Positions 1 to 14,125 of a DNA stretch of 64,000 nt are shown here, piece after piece. Made by a program: the position numbers and the translations under genes. Position 1 is the stretch's first letter; every line of letters starts with the position of its first letter. A model generated the notes under the pieces. It ran no database searches, had not been told where the DNA came from, and saw only the letters and a program-made list of their open reading frames with translations. This DNA is from an uncultured delta proteobacterium (GTDB taxonomy: Bacteria; Myxococcota_A; Polyangia; Fen-1088), in contig CAVYGB010000002.1 in NCBI GenBank assembly GCA_963767925.1, forward strand, positions 1,344,001-1,408,000. Reading direction: 5' to 3'.

Positions 1-2878
<2,878 letters not shown>

Positions 2879-2985
2879 GGCTGTGCTCGTGCGGGCTTCC
2901 GGAGCTTTGCTGGCTCTCTGGCCAGCAGCGAGGAGGCCTGCTGAAAGATCTGCACCCGGGATGGGCAGCAGTCGCGGGTAGCGAA

Positions 2986-4162
<1,177 letters not shown>

Positions 4163-4166
<4 letters not shown>

Positions 4167-5271
4167 AGCCGCATCGGCATGATGACGCCGAGGTAGTCGC
4201 TGCCGTCGGCCGGCCGCACGACCGCCGGATCCAGCTCTCCGGCCAGCTCGAGCTTGACCTCGGGCGTCGCGATCTCGGTGAGCACATCGATGAAGTAGCG
4301 GGCGTTGAAGCCCACCTGCACCGGGCCACCCTTGTAGTTCACCTCGAGCTCGCTCGCGCGCGTTGCCGAGGTCGGGGTTGTCCGCCTCGATGCTCAGGCG
4401 CCCCTTGTCGAGGGCCACCCGCACGCCCATGGTCTTGTCCGAGGCCATGATGGACACCCGGCGGAAGGCGTCGAGCAGCTCGTCCCGGGGCACGGTGACG
4501 ACCTTGTCGTTCTCCTTGGGGATGACCTGCTCGTAGGGCGGGAACTGCCCCTCGTTGAGCTTCACGGTCAGGGCGATGCTCGTCGGCCCGCAGGAGGAAG
4601 TGCCCCTGGTGAAACGCCGATCTCGCAGGGCTTGTCTCGCCCCTCGAGCACCCGCCGAATCTCGGCCACGCCCTTGCGCGGGATGAGCACGCCCCGCTCG
4701 AGCACCGGTCCGCCCGGCAGCTCGCGCCCCACCTTGGACAGCCGGTGGCCATCGGTCGAGACCATCCGGGCCTGCTTGCCGTCCGATTCGAACAGCACGC
4801 CGGCCAGGTGCTGGCGGGTCTCATCGGTCGAGACCGAGAAGGCGGTCTTGGCGAACATGTCGCGCAGCACGGCCGATTCGACCGGCGTGAGCTGGGCCTC
4901 GGCCACCGCGGGAAGCTTGGGGAACTCCCGGTCGGCCATGCCGACCAGCTTGAACTCGGCCCGCCCGCCCCGGATCTCGGCCCAGTTCTGCTCGTTGCGG
5001 CGAAGGTGGACCTCCTCGCCGGCCAGGCCCTTGACGATCTCGTGGAACTGCCGCGCGCCGAGGGTGAGGCCCGCCGCTCGCCTCGATCTTCGCAGGCAGG
5101 AGCGCCATCACGGAGATGGTCAGGTCGGTGGCCGCGCAGAGCAGATGCGTCCTTGCCTTCCGTCCGGCACAGGACGTTGGCCAGGATGGCCATGGTGCTC
5201 TTGCGGTCGGCGATTCCGGACGCGAGGTAAAGACCTTTGAGGAGCTGGTTCTTCTCGATTCGGAATTCCAT
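4163..5271 (-). CDS. dnaN: DNA polymerase III beta clamp (frameshifted)
   Basis: ATDL, STDETR, STDGHRL, LIPRKG, GQFPPYEQVIP, C-terminal MPMRL. Confidence 0.96.
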
Positions 5272-5344
5272 GGCACTTGCTCTCGGTCAGGGCGCGCCGG
5301 TCTGCGATCGACTCCGTGTCGTGCGCGCGGCGCAGCGCTCGAGG

Positions 5345-5580
5345 AACAGCAAACAATTACACGGTCTCTTCTTCCTATAAAGAGAAGATCTTAATAGAAG
5401 AAGCAGTAGCAGAAGTGGTGTGGATGGCCGGTGATCACCGCGCTCACCGACGGTCGCGAGGGTGCTCCAGGCTGTTGAGAACCTGGTGAGACGCGCCGGG
5501 GATAAAGGTGTGGAGAGCCGGGGTCCCGATCGTGAACAGGCCGTGCACAGAGTTGTGCACAGGCGCCTGTGGAAGGTGTG
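5345..5580. other. Chromosomal replication origin oriC (AT-rich DUE, DnaA-trios, degenerate DnaA boxes)
   Basis: dnaA-dnaN intergenic; AT-rich 5350-5400; TAG AAG AAG CAG TAG CAG AAG at 5395-5415 then TGTGGATGG 5419; box-like TGTTGAGAA 5473, CGGGGATAA 5497, TGTGGAGAG 5509, TGTGCACAG 5554, TGTGGAAGG 5568. Confidence 0.8.
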
Positions 5581-5766
5581 GCGCCGACGTGACGCAACCG
5601 TCGGGCACGCGCCGACCCGCCGGCGGATGTGAATGCCGGGGGTCGGGGAGGACACGTTCCAGGCGCACGCAGGTGCCTCAAGCGCCTCCCTCGAGTCTCG
5701 GGTAGGGACGCAGGGTGGGCCGCCCGTCGATGGAGCGCTGGGACCGCTGCACGGCGAACGCCGGAG

Positions 5767-6041
5767 CCCCTCACCCCATCCCTCTCCCCGCTGCCGCGGG
5801 GCGAGGGCGAACAGACGGCGGGGTGGCCCGATTGTCGTTGGGGGCCGGGCGCGGAGGGAGGGCGAACAAGCCCCGATGTCGTTCGGGCCGGGCGCGGAGA
5901 GGGCGAACAAGCCCCGATTGTCGTTCGGGCCGGGCGCGGAGGGAGGGCGAACAAGCCCCGATTGTCGTTCGGGGGCCGGGCGCGGAGGGAGGGCGAACAA
6001 GCCCGATTGTCGTTCGGGCCGGGCGCGGAGGGAGGGCGAAT
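5767..6041 (+). repeat. REP-like element followed by ~5 tandem 41-46 bp units (locus 2)
   Basis: REP at 5767-5812; GGGCGAA recurs at 5860, 5901, 5945, 5991, 6034 with unit ACAAGCCCCGATTGTCGTTCGGGCCGGGCGCGGAGG. Confidence 0.9.
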
Positions 6042-6079
6042 GAGCGGCGGGGTGCCCCCGGCTGGAACGCCCCCGGCGG

Positions 6080-7496
6080 CTACAGCTCGCGCAGGTGGCC
6101 TTCGAGGGTGTTGATGACGCTGCGGTGGGCGGGGTCGGTGCCGGCCAGGCGCTCGATCTTGCGGACGGCGCTGATGACCGTGGAGTGGTCCTTGCCCCCG
6201 AAGCGGCTGCCGATCTCGGGGTAGCTCATCGAGGTGAGCTGGCGGGCCAGGTACATCGCCACCATGCGCGGGTGGGCACACCGCCCGGTGGCGCTTGGGG
6301 CCCTTGAGGTCGTGCAGCTTGACCCCGAAGTAGCTCGCCACCTCGCGCTGGATGGCCTCGATGGTCAGACCGGGCGGCGTGGTGGGGATGAAGTTGCGTA
6401 GCGTCTCCTCGGCCAGCTCGCGCGTGATGGTGCGCCCCTCGATCGAGGCCCGCGCGGCCAGGCGGGTCAGGGCCCCCTCCAGCTCGCGGACGTTCGACTT
6501 GACCTGGGCGCCCAGGTACAGCGCCACGTCGTCGGGGATGACCAGGTTCTCGAGCTCGGCCTTGCGCTTGAGGATCGCCACCCGGGTCTCGAGGTCGGGC
6601 TGCCCGATCTCGGCGATGAGGCCCCAGGTGAACCGGCTGCGCAGGCGATCTTCCAGCCCCGGCAGCTCGCCCGGCAGCTTGTCGCAGGTGAGGACGATCT
6701 GCTTGTGGGCGTGGTGGAGGGCGTTGAACGTGTGAAAGAACTCGTCCTGCGAGCTGTCCTTGTTCGAGAGGAACTGGATGTCGTCGATGAGCAGGACGTC
6801 CGGATCCTCGCGATACCGTTTTCGGAATTCTTCCATCAACCCCACGCCCCCCTGGCGGCGGCCATTGGTCATCGCGCCGATGAACTCGGTCACGAACCGC
6901 TCGCAGGTGACGCAGACGATCTTCCACTCGGGGTGCTGCCGCCAGATCTCCTTGCCGACCGCGTGCAGCAGGTGGGTCTTGCCGAGGCCGACCCCCCCGT
7001 AGATGAACAGCGGGTTCCACTTGGAGGCCGGTGACTCGGCCACCATCCGCGCGGCGGCGTGGGCGAACTGGTTGGTGGGCCCAACCACGAACTTCTCGAA
7101 GGTGTAGCGGGTGTTCAGGCTGCGGGGGGGCTCTGACTCGCGCAGGCCCACCGTACCCGGTGCACCGAAGCCTGGTAGGCCACCGGCCCGCAAGGACGAT
7201 GCGCCATCGGAGTCGTCCCCTCTGACCAGGTCCTGGCCGGGCTGCACCAGCAACGGGTCCGCGTCGATCTCGAAATCGACCGAAAACTGGCGCTGCGTGC
7301 GGGTTTGCAGGTTCTCCAGGATGAAAGGCAGGAAGTTATCCTCGAACCACTCCTTGTGGTAGCGGTTGGGCGCCCGGAGGCGGATGCGGCCCTCGGTGAT
7401 GCCGAGGCACTCGATGGGCCTCAGCCAATGATCGCGCTGCGCTGGTTTGACCAGCGGCTCGATGGATCGGACGACTTCTCCCCATAACTCAAGCAT
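6080..7496 (-). CDS. dnaA: Chromosomal replication initiator DnaA (one apparent frameshift near 6280)
   Basis: [68 protein letters not shown]. Confidence 0.98.
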
Positions 7497-7497
7497 G

Positions 7498-7506
7498 TTA
7501 TCCACA
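7498..7506 (+). promoter_or_regulatory. Perfect DnaA box immediately upstream of the dnaA start codon
   Basis: TTATCCACA, 1 nt from the dnaA ATG (7496). Confidence 0.8.
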
Positions 7507-8244
7507 GGGTGCGGCACGTAAAAAACGCAGTAATCCCCGAAGCCTCCGGGCCGGTCTCCACGTTCTGACAACAGGGGGAGACTACGGGCAATCGATGGAC
7601 ACCCTTGGTGTCGGTGTTGGGGCGACGGAGGCGAGGGAACAACTGCCGAGGCGTTCTGATACCAGAACGTCAGAAAGGGCAGCAAGCGCCCTGCGGTCCG
7701 CCTTCGCACATCGCTGAAATCATGACCGTTTTTTCATTTCGCCCGCCGGGGCAGAACCAGGTCTTGGCGACGTGCACGAACCTACATCGACCCTAACCAT
7801 CTGAAACTGCAGCAGATACGGACCGGGTCAGAATCCGGATCCCCGGCGGGGCGGCTAACTCCGGGAGCAGACGGCGTGGGCCTCGTGCAGCCCGCATGAC
7901 ATGCGGCTTTGCGCGATCGGCGGGTACCGTAGCGTCAAGGTCTCCGACGGGTGGGAGGTTTCACCAGAGGATCCGGCGCGTCACAGTCCCGTCGCTGACG
8001 GGCGTCGCATTTCTGACGGTGGCCATTTCTTCCTGTCGGGCCAGGTCGTTACATACGTACACCGTCGGTGGGTACAGGCCTTCCCGGTGTGCGCCGTTAC
8101 ACACATCGATACCCCGCGGCAACGCGGGACCTGGCACCTGGCCGGGTGGTCCGGTGGCCCCCAGTCGGGTGTATCGAGTTGTCACCCGAGGTCGCCCGGC
8201 CGGCCCCCCGCCGGGACCGGATGTGACGATGTGCTGGGGGCGCG

Positions 8245-8273
8245 TTGACAGGTGCCCGCCCTGGTGCTAGTTC
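8245..8273 (+). promoter_or_regulatory. Sigma70-type promoter for the rpmH operon
   Basis: TTGACA-17 nt-TAGTTC with TG extension, ~37 nt before rpmH; GGAGG RBS at 8301. Confidence 0.65.
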
Positions 8274-8310
8274 ACACCTCCCCGATGGGGAGGAGAGCTC
8301 GGAGGAACCC

Positions 8311-8460
8311 GTGAAGCAGACGTTTCAGCCGCACCGCAAAAGTCGACTACGCACCCATGGGTTCCGGAAGCGGATGAGCACCAAGGCCGGCCGCGAGATA
8401 ATCAAGCGCCGCCGGCGCAAGGGTCGCCACCAGCTCACCGTCAGCATCTCCGAGAAGTAG
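8311..8460 (+). CDS. rpmH: 50S ribosomal protein L34
   Basis: [42 protein letters not shown] start after GGAGG. Confidence 0.97.
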   Translation: MKQTFQPHRKSRLRTHGFRKRMSTKAGREIIKRRRRKGRHQLTVSISEK

Positions 8461-8483
8461 CGTCTTCGGAAGGCTCCAGGAGG

Positions 8484-8888
8484 GTGGCCACTACGCGCCA
8501 GGCCGGTGGTCCCCATGCTGGTCGGGCGGAGACCTTCCCCCGGGAAGGGCGCCTGCGCCGCCGGGTCGACTACCTGGCCGTGCAGCAGGCGGCCCAGCAG
8601 CCGGACGGACGCCGGGTCTCGGGCCGCAACTTCCTGCTGCTGGCGCGCCGTCGCGCCGGCGCCAAACCGCAACCCGCCCGGCTCGGCATCACCGTGAGCC
8701 GCAAGGTGGGAAACGCGGTCGCGCGCAACCGCGTGAAGCGCTGGGTGCGCGAGAGTTACCGGCGCCTGCCTGGCCCCCAACCCGCCGGGCAGGATTTGGT
8801 GCTGATCGCCCGCCCCGGGGCGGCGGATCGCGATTTCCGGACCACCAGCGCCGAGATCGCCTCGCTCTTGCGGCGCTTGCGGACATGA
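8484..8888 (+). CDS. rnpA: Ribonuclease P protein component
   Basis: RLGITVSRKVGNAVARNRVKRWVRE; synteny. Confidence 0.95.
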   Translation: MATTRQAGGPHAGRAETFPREGRLRRRVDYLAVQQAAQQPDGRRVSGRNFLLLARRRAGAKPQPARLGITVSRKVGNAVARNRVKRWVRESYRRLPGPQPAGQDLVLIARPGAADRDFRTTSAEIASLLRRLRT

Positions 8889-9235
8889 CTGCGCGGTTCC
8901 GAGCGGCCATGATTGGGCCAGCGAACGTGAACGCGTATGCCACCGACCCCCCTTCGCCGGTGATGCCCGGGCGGCGCCCGTCGGCGATCGCGCGGGCCAT
9001 GTTCTTTGCCATCCGGATGTACCGGCTCCTGCTCGGCCCGATGCTGGGTCCGAGCTGCCGCTACATCCCGACCTGCTCGCATTACACCGAGGAGGCGATC
9101 CGCACCTGGGGACCGTGGCGGGGCCTGGCGCTGGGCGCCTGGCGAATCGCGCGCTGTCACCCCTTCTGCGCCGGCGGGCTCGACCCGGTTCCCGCGCGCG
9201 GGCAGCCCAAACCCGACACCTTGCCCCTGGGATAG
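8885..9235 (+). CDS. yidD: Membrane protein insertion efficiency factor (start may be downstream)
   Basis: CRYIPTCSHY, RIARCHPF, GGLDPVP. Confidence 0.92.
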   Translation: MTARFRAAMIGPANVNAYATDPPSPVMPGRRPSAIARAMFFAIRMYRLLLGPMLGPSCRYIPTCSHYTEEAIRTWGPWRGLALGAWRIARCHPFCAGGLDPVPARGQPKPDTLPLG

Positions 9236-9241
9236 ACCGTC

Positions 9242-10915
9242 ATGGACAAACGCACCCTCGTGGCCGTCGCGATCTGCATGGGGATCCTCCTTCTATGGTG
9301 GAAGATCTTCCCGCCGACGCCTCCGCCTGCTCCGCCCCCGCCGCCCGTGGCCGTTCAGCCGCAGGCGCCCTCCACCTCTGCGAGCGCGCCCGGCGTGCCC
9401 CCCACGGCAGGCGCTGCCGCCCCGGTCCCCACCGGCGGGACCGCAGCCGGCGGCACCGCCCCCACCCGGGGACCGGAGGAGCAGGTCATCCTGCGCGCCT
9501 CGGGCGCCCGCTTCGTGCTGTCGAGCTGGGGAGGGACCTTGCGCCAGGTCTACCTGGAAGAGCCGCACTTTCTGCGCGACAAGGCCGATCCGGCCAGCGG
9601 CTACCAGATCGTCGGCACGGTCGCGCCCGATCAGGCGCCGTTGCGTACGACCTTCTCCAAGGCGGACTTCACCTCGCCCGAGGCCGGGAGCTGGACCGTG
9701 CAGCGGCCGGCGGCCGACACGGTGCTGTTCCGGGCCGAAAACGCCCAGGTCGCCATCGAGAAGCGCTACAAGGTCGCGGGTCCTTACCGGATGTCGCTCG
9801 ACGTGACGGTGGAGAACCGCAGCAGCGGGCCGCTGTCGGGCAGCCTGGCCCTGCACCTCTACGGCAAGCAGGATCCGACCAAGCAGGCGGGCGGCTTCTG
9901 GGACATCGCCGAGGCCAACGTGGCCAGCCTGGTCTGCTTCGTCAACGACAAGGTGGAGCGGTCGACCATCGAGGGGGTGGTCAAGGAGCCAAAGGAGTTC
10001 CTCGGCCAGGTGCGCTGGCTGGCCGCCGATGACAAGTACTTCGCGGTGGCGGCCATCCCTCATCCGGACACGCCCGACGGACAGCGGAGCTGTGCCCAGC
10101 GGGCGCTCGACGGGCTGACCGGGGAGACGGTGTTGACCTTCGCCGGCCGGCAGGTGGCGGCGGGGGCCAAGGTCAGCTACCCGTTCACGGTCTTCGCCGG
10201 GCCGAAATACATCGATCATCTGCGCCAGGTGAAGCCCGGCGGGAACGAGATAGAGCTCGACCGGGTCGTCGACGTCACCTTCGCGGTGCTGTCGCGGCCC
10301 CTGCTCTACCTGTTGAAGGTCTTCCACGGCTGGGTCGGCAACTGGGGCCTGGCCATCGTCATGCTGACCTTGTTCGTCAAGCTGCTGACCTTCTACCCGA
10401 CACACCGGGCGATGATGTCGGGCAAGAAGATGCAGCGCCTGACGCCCAAGATGCAGGCCCTGCGCAAGAAGTTCGAGAACGACCGGCAGCGGCTGGGCGT
10501 CGAGACCATGAACCTCTACAAGCAGCACGGGGTCTCGCCCCTCGGTGGCTGCTTGCCGACGCTGATCACGATGCCGATCTGGATCGCGCTGTTCTCGACC
10601 CTCAACTATTCGGTCGAGCTGCACCGGGCGCCGTTCATCGGTTACATCCGGGACCTGTCGATCCGGGACCCCTACTTCATCACCCCGCTGCTGATGGGCG
10701 GGATCATGTTCCTGCAGATGCGCATGTCGCCGGCGGGGGCCGACCCGCAGCAGCAGAAGATGATGGCCATCATGATGCCGATCATGTTCACGGCCTTCTC
10801 GCTCTTCTTGCCGGCCGGGCTGGCGCTCTACACCTTGACCAACTCGTTGCTGGCCATCGTCCACCAGCTGTTCGTCAACCGGCTGGACAAGAAGCTGTCC
10901 GAAGGAGGCGCCTGA
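9242..10915 (+). CDS. yidC: Membrane protein insertase YidC
   Basis: GNWGLAIV, PLGGCLP, DPYFITPLLMG, PAGLALY. Confidence 0.96.
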   Translation: MDKRTLVAVAICMGILLLWWKIFPPTPPPAPPPPPVAVQPQAPSTSASAPGVPPTAGAAAPVPTGGTAAGGTAPTRGPEEQVILRASGARFVLSSWGGTLRQVYLEEPHFLRDKADPASGYQIVGTVAPDQAPLRTTFSKADFTSPEAGSWTVQRPAADTVLFRAENAQVAIEKRYKVAGPYRMSLDVTVENRSSGPLSGSLALHLYGKQDPTKQAGGFWDIAEANVASLVCFVNDKVERSTIEGVVKEPKEFLGQVRWLAADDKYFAVAAIPHPDTPDGQRSCAQRALDGLTGETVLTFAGRQVAAGAKVSYPFTVFAGPKYIDHLRQVKPGGNEIELDRVVDVTFAVLSRPLLYLLKVFHGWVGNWGLAIVMLTLFVKLLTFYPTHRAMMSGKKMQRLTPKMQALRKKFENDRQRLGVETMNLYKQHGVSPLGGCLPTLITMPIWIALFSTLNYSVELHRAPFIGYIRDLSIRDPYFITPLLMGGIMFLQMRMSPAGADPQQQKMMAIMMPIMFTAFSLFLPAGLALYTLTNSLLAIVHQLFVNRLDKKLSEGGA

Positions 10916-10920
10916 ACGTC

Positions 10921-11193
10921 ATGGCCACCCGGGAAAACCTGACCGAGCTGGCGGCGAACCTGCGCGGCAGCCGCGAGCGGCTCGAGGCGACGGCCGATCG
11001 CGCGGCGGCGCTGCAGCGGCGCCTGCGCACCGACGCCCCCACCATCGTGTCGCTCGACAAGCTCAGCCGCAACGAGGGACCCCGCCCGGCGGCCCAGCCA
11101 GGCAAGCCGAGCACCGCGGAGCGCTTCGAGGGCGACGAGATCGCGATGGCCTCCGACGCCTGGGAGATCAGCCTCATCAACGAAGAGGGTTGA
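10921..11193 (+). CDS. Hypothetical 90-aa protein, N-terminal coiled-coil-like
   Basis: ATG 5 nt after yidC stop, GGAGG upstream, GC3-rich codons. Confidence 0.6.
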   Translation: MATRENLTELAANLRGSRERLEATADRAAALQRRLRTDAPTIVSLDKLSRNEGPRPAAQPGKPSTAERFEGDEIAMASDAWEISLINEEG

Positions 11194-11268
11194 AGACCAG
11201 CGGCTGACCCTCGCGCCGCCCCGGCGCGGCTTGCGCGGGACCGTGACTCGATCGATGCTGGGTTTGCC

Positions 11269-11889
11269 ATGCGCGTGCGGCAACATGTCAACCCGCTGAA
11301 GTCGGACTACTTCACCATCGCCCCGGCGGCGGTGGTGGTGCCGGCGGGCATGGCGGTGGAGGTGGAGCTGGGGTCGGCCGAGGCCTGGTTCCTGATGGGA
11401 CGGGCGCAGCAGGAGCCGGGGACCCTGTTCGTGGGCGTGGAGATCCGGCGCGACCTCGTCGACAAGGCCAACCGGGACTGCGCCGAGGCGGGCATCCCCC
11501 GGGTGCAGAACGTGTTCGCCAACATGTCGGTGGACCTGCCGCGGCTGTTCGGCGAGGCGAGCGTGCGCCGGTTCTTCCTGAACTTCCCCGATCCCTACTT
11601 CAAGCGGCAGCAGCACAAGCGGCGGGTGCTGGCGCCGGCGCTGGTCGACGACCTGGCCCGGCTGCTCGAGCCCGGCGGCGAGATTCACGTCAACACCGAC
11701 ATCTTCGACCACGCCCTCGACGCCATGTTTCTGCTCGAGTCGGATCCCGGCCAGCGCTTCCACAACTTGCGGGCGCCCTGGAGCTTCCTCGATGGCAGCC
11801 GGTTCGCGGCCCGCTCGCGGCGCGAGCAGCAGTGCGAGCGGGAGGGGGCGCGGATCTGGCGGCTGGCCTACGGCCGGACCCGACCCTGA
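11269..11889 (+). CDS. trmB: tRNA (guanine-N7)-methyltransferase
   Basis: RVRQHVNPL, VELGS, GVEIR, NFPDPYFKRQQHKRR, TD motif. Confidence 0.88.
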   Translation: MRVRQHVNPLKSDYFTIAPAAVVVPAGMAVEVELGSAEAWFLMGRAQQEPGTLFVGVEIRRDLVDKANRDCAEAGIPRVQNVFANMSVDLPRLFGEASVRRFFLNFPDPYFKRQQHKRRVLAPALVDDLARLLEPGGEIHVNTDIFDHALDAMFLLESDPGQRFHNLRAPWSFLDGSRFAARSRREQQCEREGARIWRLAYGRTRP

Positions 11890-12015
11890 CGGGGGAGCCG
11901 GTCGATCGCTCTGGACAATAACGCGCGTCAGGGGGTCTCATACCCGCCGGGGTCCTGACCGTGCGCGCTCTGCCGCTCCGGCGAGCCAGCGATCGCGGTC
12001 ACGGTTGCCAGGGCA

Positions 12016-14109
12016 ATGTCGACGACGCGGGCGCGAGGATGGTCAGCTAGCGCGGGCCGGGCAGGCTGGCGGAGCCGCGGTCTGACCGCCCTGGGGCTGG
12101 CCCTCCTGCTGGCCGGCTGTGGGTCGGTGGCAGCGGTCGAGGGGCAGGGCGACGGCGGCGGCCGCGACGGGCCCGGCGGGGGGCCGAGCGCCCTCGACGG
12201 CGGCCAGCTGGCGCCGCTGGGCGTGGCCTGCGAGCTGGCGGCCGAGTGCCTGAGCGGGTTCTGCACCGACGGCGTCTGCTGCGACGTCTCCTGCACGGGC
12301 GCCTGCGTCGCCTGCAACCAGGCCGAGCAGCTCGGCCGCTGCGCCCCCATGCCGGCCGGGGCCGCCGACCAGCACGGCGTCTGCGTGGCCGAGCCGGTGG
12401 CGAGCTGCGGGCTGAGCGGGTTCTGCAACGGCCAGGGCGGCTGCGCCAAGTTCAGCGCCGGCACGGTCTGTCGCCCCGCCAGCTGCAGCGACCCCCAGAG
12501 CTTCCTGCCCGCCAGCTTGTGCGACGGCGACGGGGCCTGCCGGCCCGGGACGGCGGTCTCCTGCGCCCCCTCGACCTGCGAGGCGGGGGCCTGCCTGGGG
12601 AGCTGCACCCGCGACGAGACCTGCGTGCCGCCGCAGACCTGCGTCTCGGGCACCTGCGGGCCCAAGGGTCTGGGCCAGGACTGCCTGTCGAGCGCGCAGT
12701 GTGGGTCCGGGTTCTGCGTCGACGGCGTCTGCTGCGAGAGCGCCTGCACCGGGCGCTGTTTTTACTGCGCCAACCCCGAGGCCCGGGGCAAGTGCACGCC
12801 CGGCAAGCCGGGGACGGTCGACCAGCGGGCGGCCCGGGGCGAGACCGACCCAACCCGGATCTGCGCCGACGGGGGCGCCGCCGCCTGCGCCCAGAACGGG
12901 CGCTGCGACGGGGCGGGCGGCTGCCAGCGCTACGCCGACGGCACCGTCTGCCGGCCGCCCCGCTGCGACGCCGCCGGCAACAGCGACACCGCGCCCGGCA
13001 CCTGCGGGGCGGGCGCCTGCCGGGTGCCGGCGAGCGGGAGCTGCGCGCCCTACCTGGGGTGCAGCGGCAGCCAGTGCCGGGGGAGCTGCGACAGCGACGG
13101 GCAGTGCGCGGCCGGGTTCGTCTGCCTGGCCGGCGGCACCTGCGGCAAGCGGCGCAACGGCGAGGCCTGCCTGCGCGCGCTCGAATGTATGAGCGGCACC
13201 TGCGCCCAGGGGCGCTGCTGCGCCACCGCCTGCACGGCGAGCTGCAAGTCCTGCGGGTTGCCCGGCATGGAGGGGACCTGCGCCAGCGTGGCGGCGGGGG
13301 GAGCCGATCCCACCGGGGCCTGCCGCGACGACGCCTGCTCGAACGGCTGCGACGGGGCGGGGGGGTGCCGCCGGGAGAGCGTGGGCACGATGTGCGGGGC
13401 GCCCGGCTGCGGCCCGGGCGACAGCATCGCCACCCGGGTGTGCAACGGCGGCGGGGTGTGCGAGACGCGGACCATGCCCGGCCCGTCCTGCGGCCGCTGC
13501 GGGGGCACCACCTTGTGCGACGGGGGCTGCAGCCGGCCCACGCCGCCCAACCTCGACGCCGCCTGCGGCCGCTGCGGGGGCAAGATCCGCTGCGACGCCC
13601 GCTGCAGCGTCGACGACCCGCCCGGCCTGGGCGACCGCTGCGGCTCGGCCGGGGCCATCGACTGCAGCGGCGGCTGCCGGGGGCCCCTGTTTCGCCTGTA
13701 TCACCCGGGGGTCGACGACCATTTTTACACGATGTCGGCCGGCGAGCGCGACCAGGCGGTGGCCCAGTTCGGCTACACCTCCGAGGGGGTGGCGGGTTTG
13801 CTCTACGAGGGCCGGGTGGCGGGGACGACGCCGCTGTTCCGCCTCTACCACGGCCCCACCGGGGACCACTTTTACACGGCGTCGGCCGAGGAGCGGGACC
13901 GGGCGGTGGGGGAGTTCGGCTACGCGCTCGAGGGGACCACCGGGTTCATCCACACCGACCAGGCGGCGGGGACCATCCCCCTGTTCCGGCTGTACAGCGG
14001 CGCGGCCGGCGACCATTTCTACACGGCGTCGGCCGAGGAGCGGGACCGGGCGGTGGCCCAGTTCGGCTACGTCTTCGAGGGCGTGACCGGCTTCGTGTTT
14101 CCGCCCTGA
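12016..14109 (+). CDS. Cys-rich lipoprotein with three C-terminal DUF5648-like repeats
   Basis: Lipobox LLAGC; repeated C.SGFC.DGVCC..C.G.C..C units; 3x PLFRLY...DHFYT.SA.ERD.AV..FGY..EG. Confidence 0.85.
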   Translation: MSTTRARGWSASAGRAGWRSRGLTALGLALLLAGCGSVAAVEGQGDGGGRDGPGGGPSALDGGQLAPLGVACELAAECLSGFCTDGVCCDVSCTGACVACNQAEQLGRCAPMPAGAADQHGVCVAEPVASCGLSGFCNGQGGCAKFSAGTVCRPASCSDPQSFLPASLCDGDGACRPGTAVSCAPSTCEAGACLGSCTRDETCVPPQTCVSGTCGPKGLGQDCLSSAQCGSGFCVDGVCCESACTGRCFYCANPEARGKCTPGKPGTVDQRAARGETDPTRICADGGAAACAQNGRCDGAGGCQRYADGTVCRPPRCDAAGNSDTAPGTCGAGACRVPASGSCAPYLGCSGSQCRGSCDSDGQCAAGFVCLAGGTCGKRRNGEACLRALECMSGTCAQGRCCATACTASCKSCGLPGMEGTCASVAAGGADPTGACRDDACSNGCDGAGGCRRESVGTMCGAPGCGPGDSIATRVCNGGGVCETRTMPGPSCGRCGGTTLCDGGCSRPTPPNLDAACGRCGGKIRCDARCSVDDPPGLGDRCGSAGAIDCSGGCRGPLFRLYHPGVDDHFYTMSAGERDQAVAQFGYTSEGVAGLLYEGRVAGTTPLFRLYHGPTGDHFYTASAEERDRAVGEFGYALEGTTGFIHTDQAAGTIPLFRLYSGAAGDHFYTASAEERDRAVAQFGYVFEGVTGFVFPP

Positions 14110-14125
14110 GGACTGCCGCCGCAGA

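Noticed and set aside
7896..8270. Short ORFs in the dnaA-rpmH intergenic region
   Set aside because: Atypical codon usage, no recognisable motifs, and mutually overlapping on both strands.
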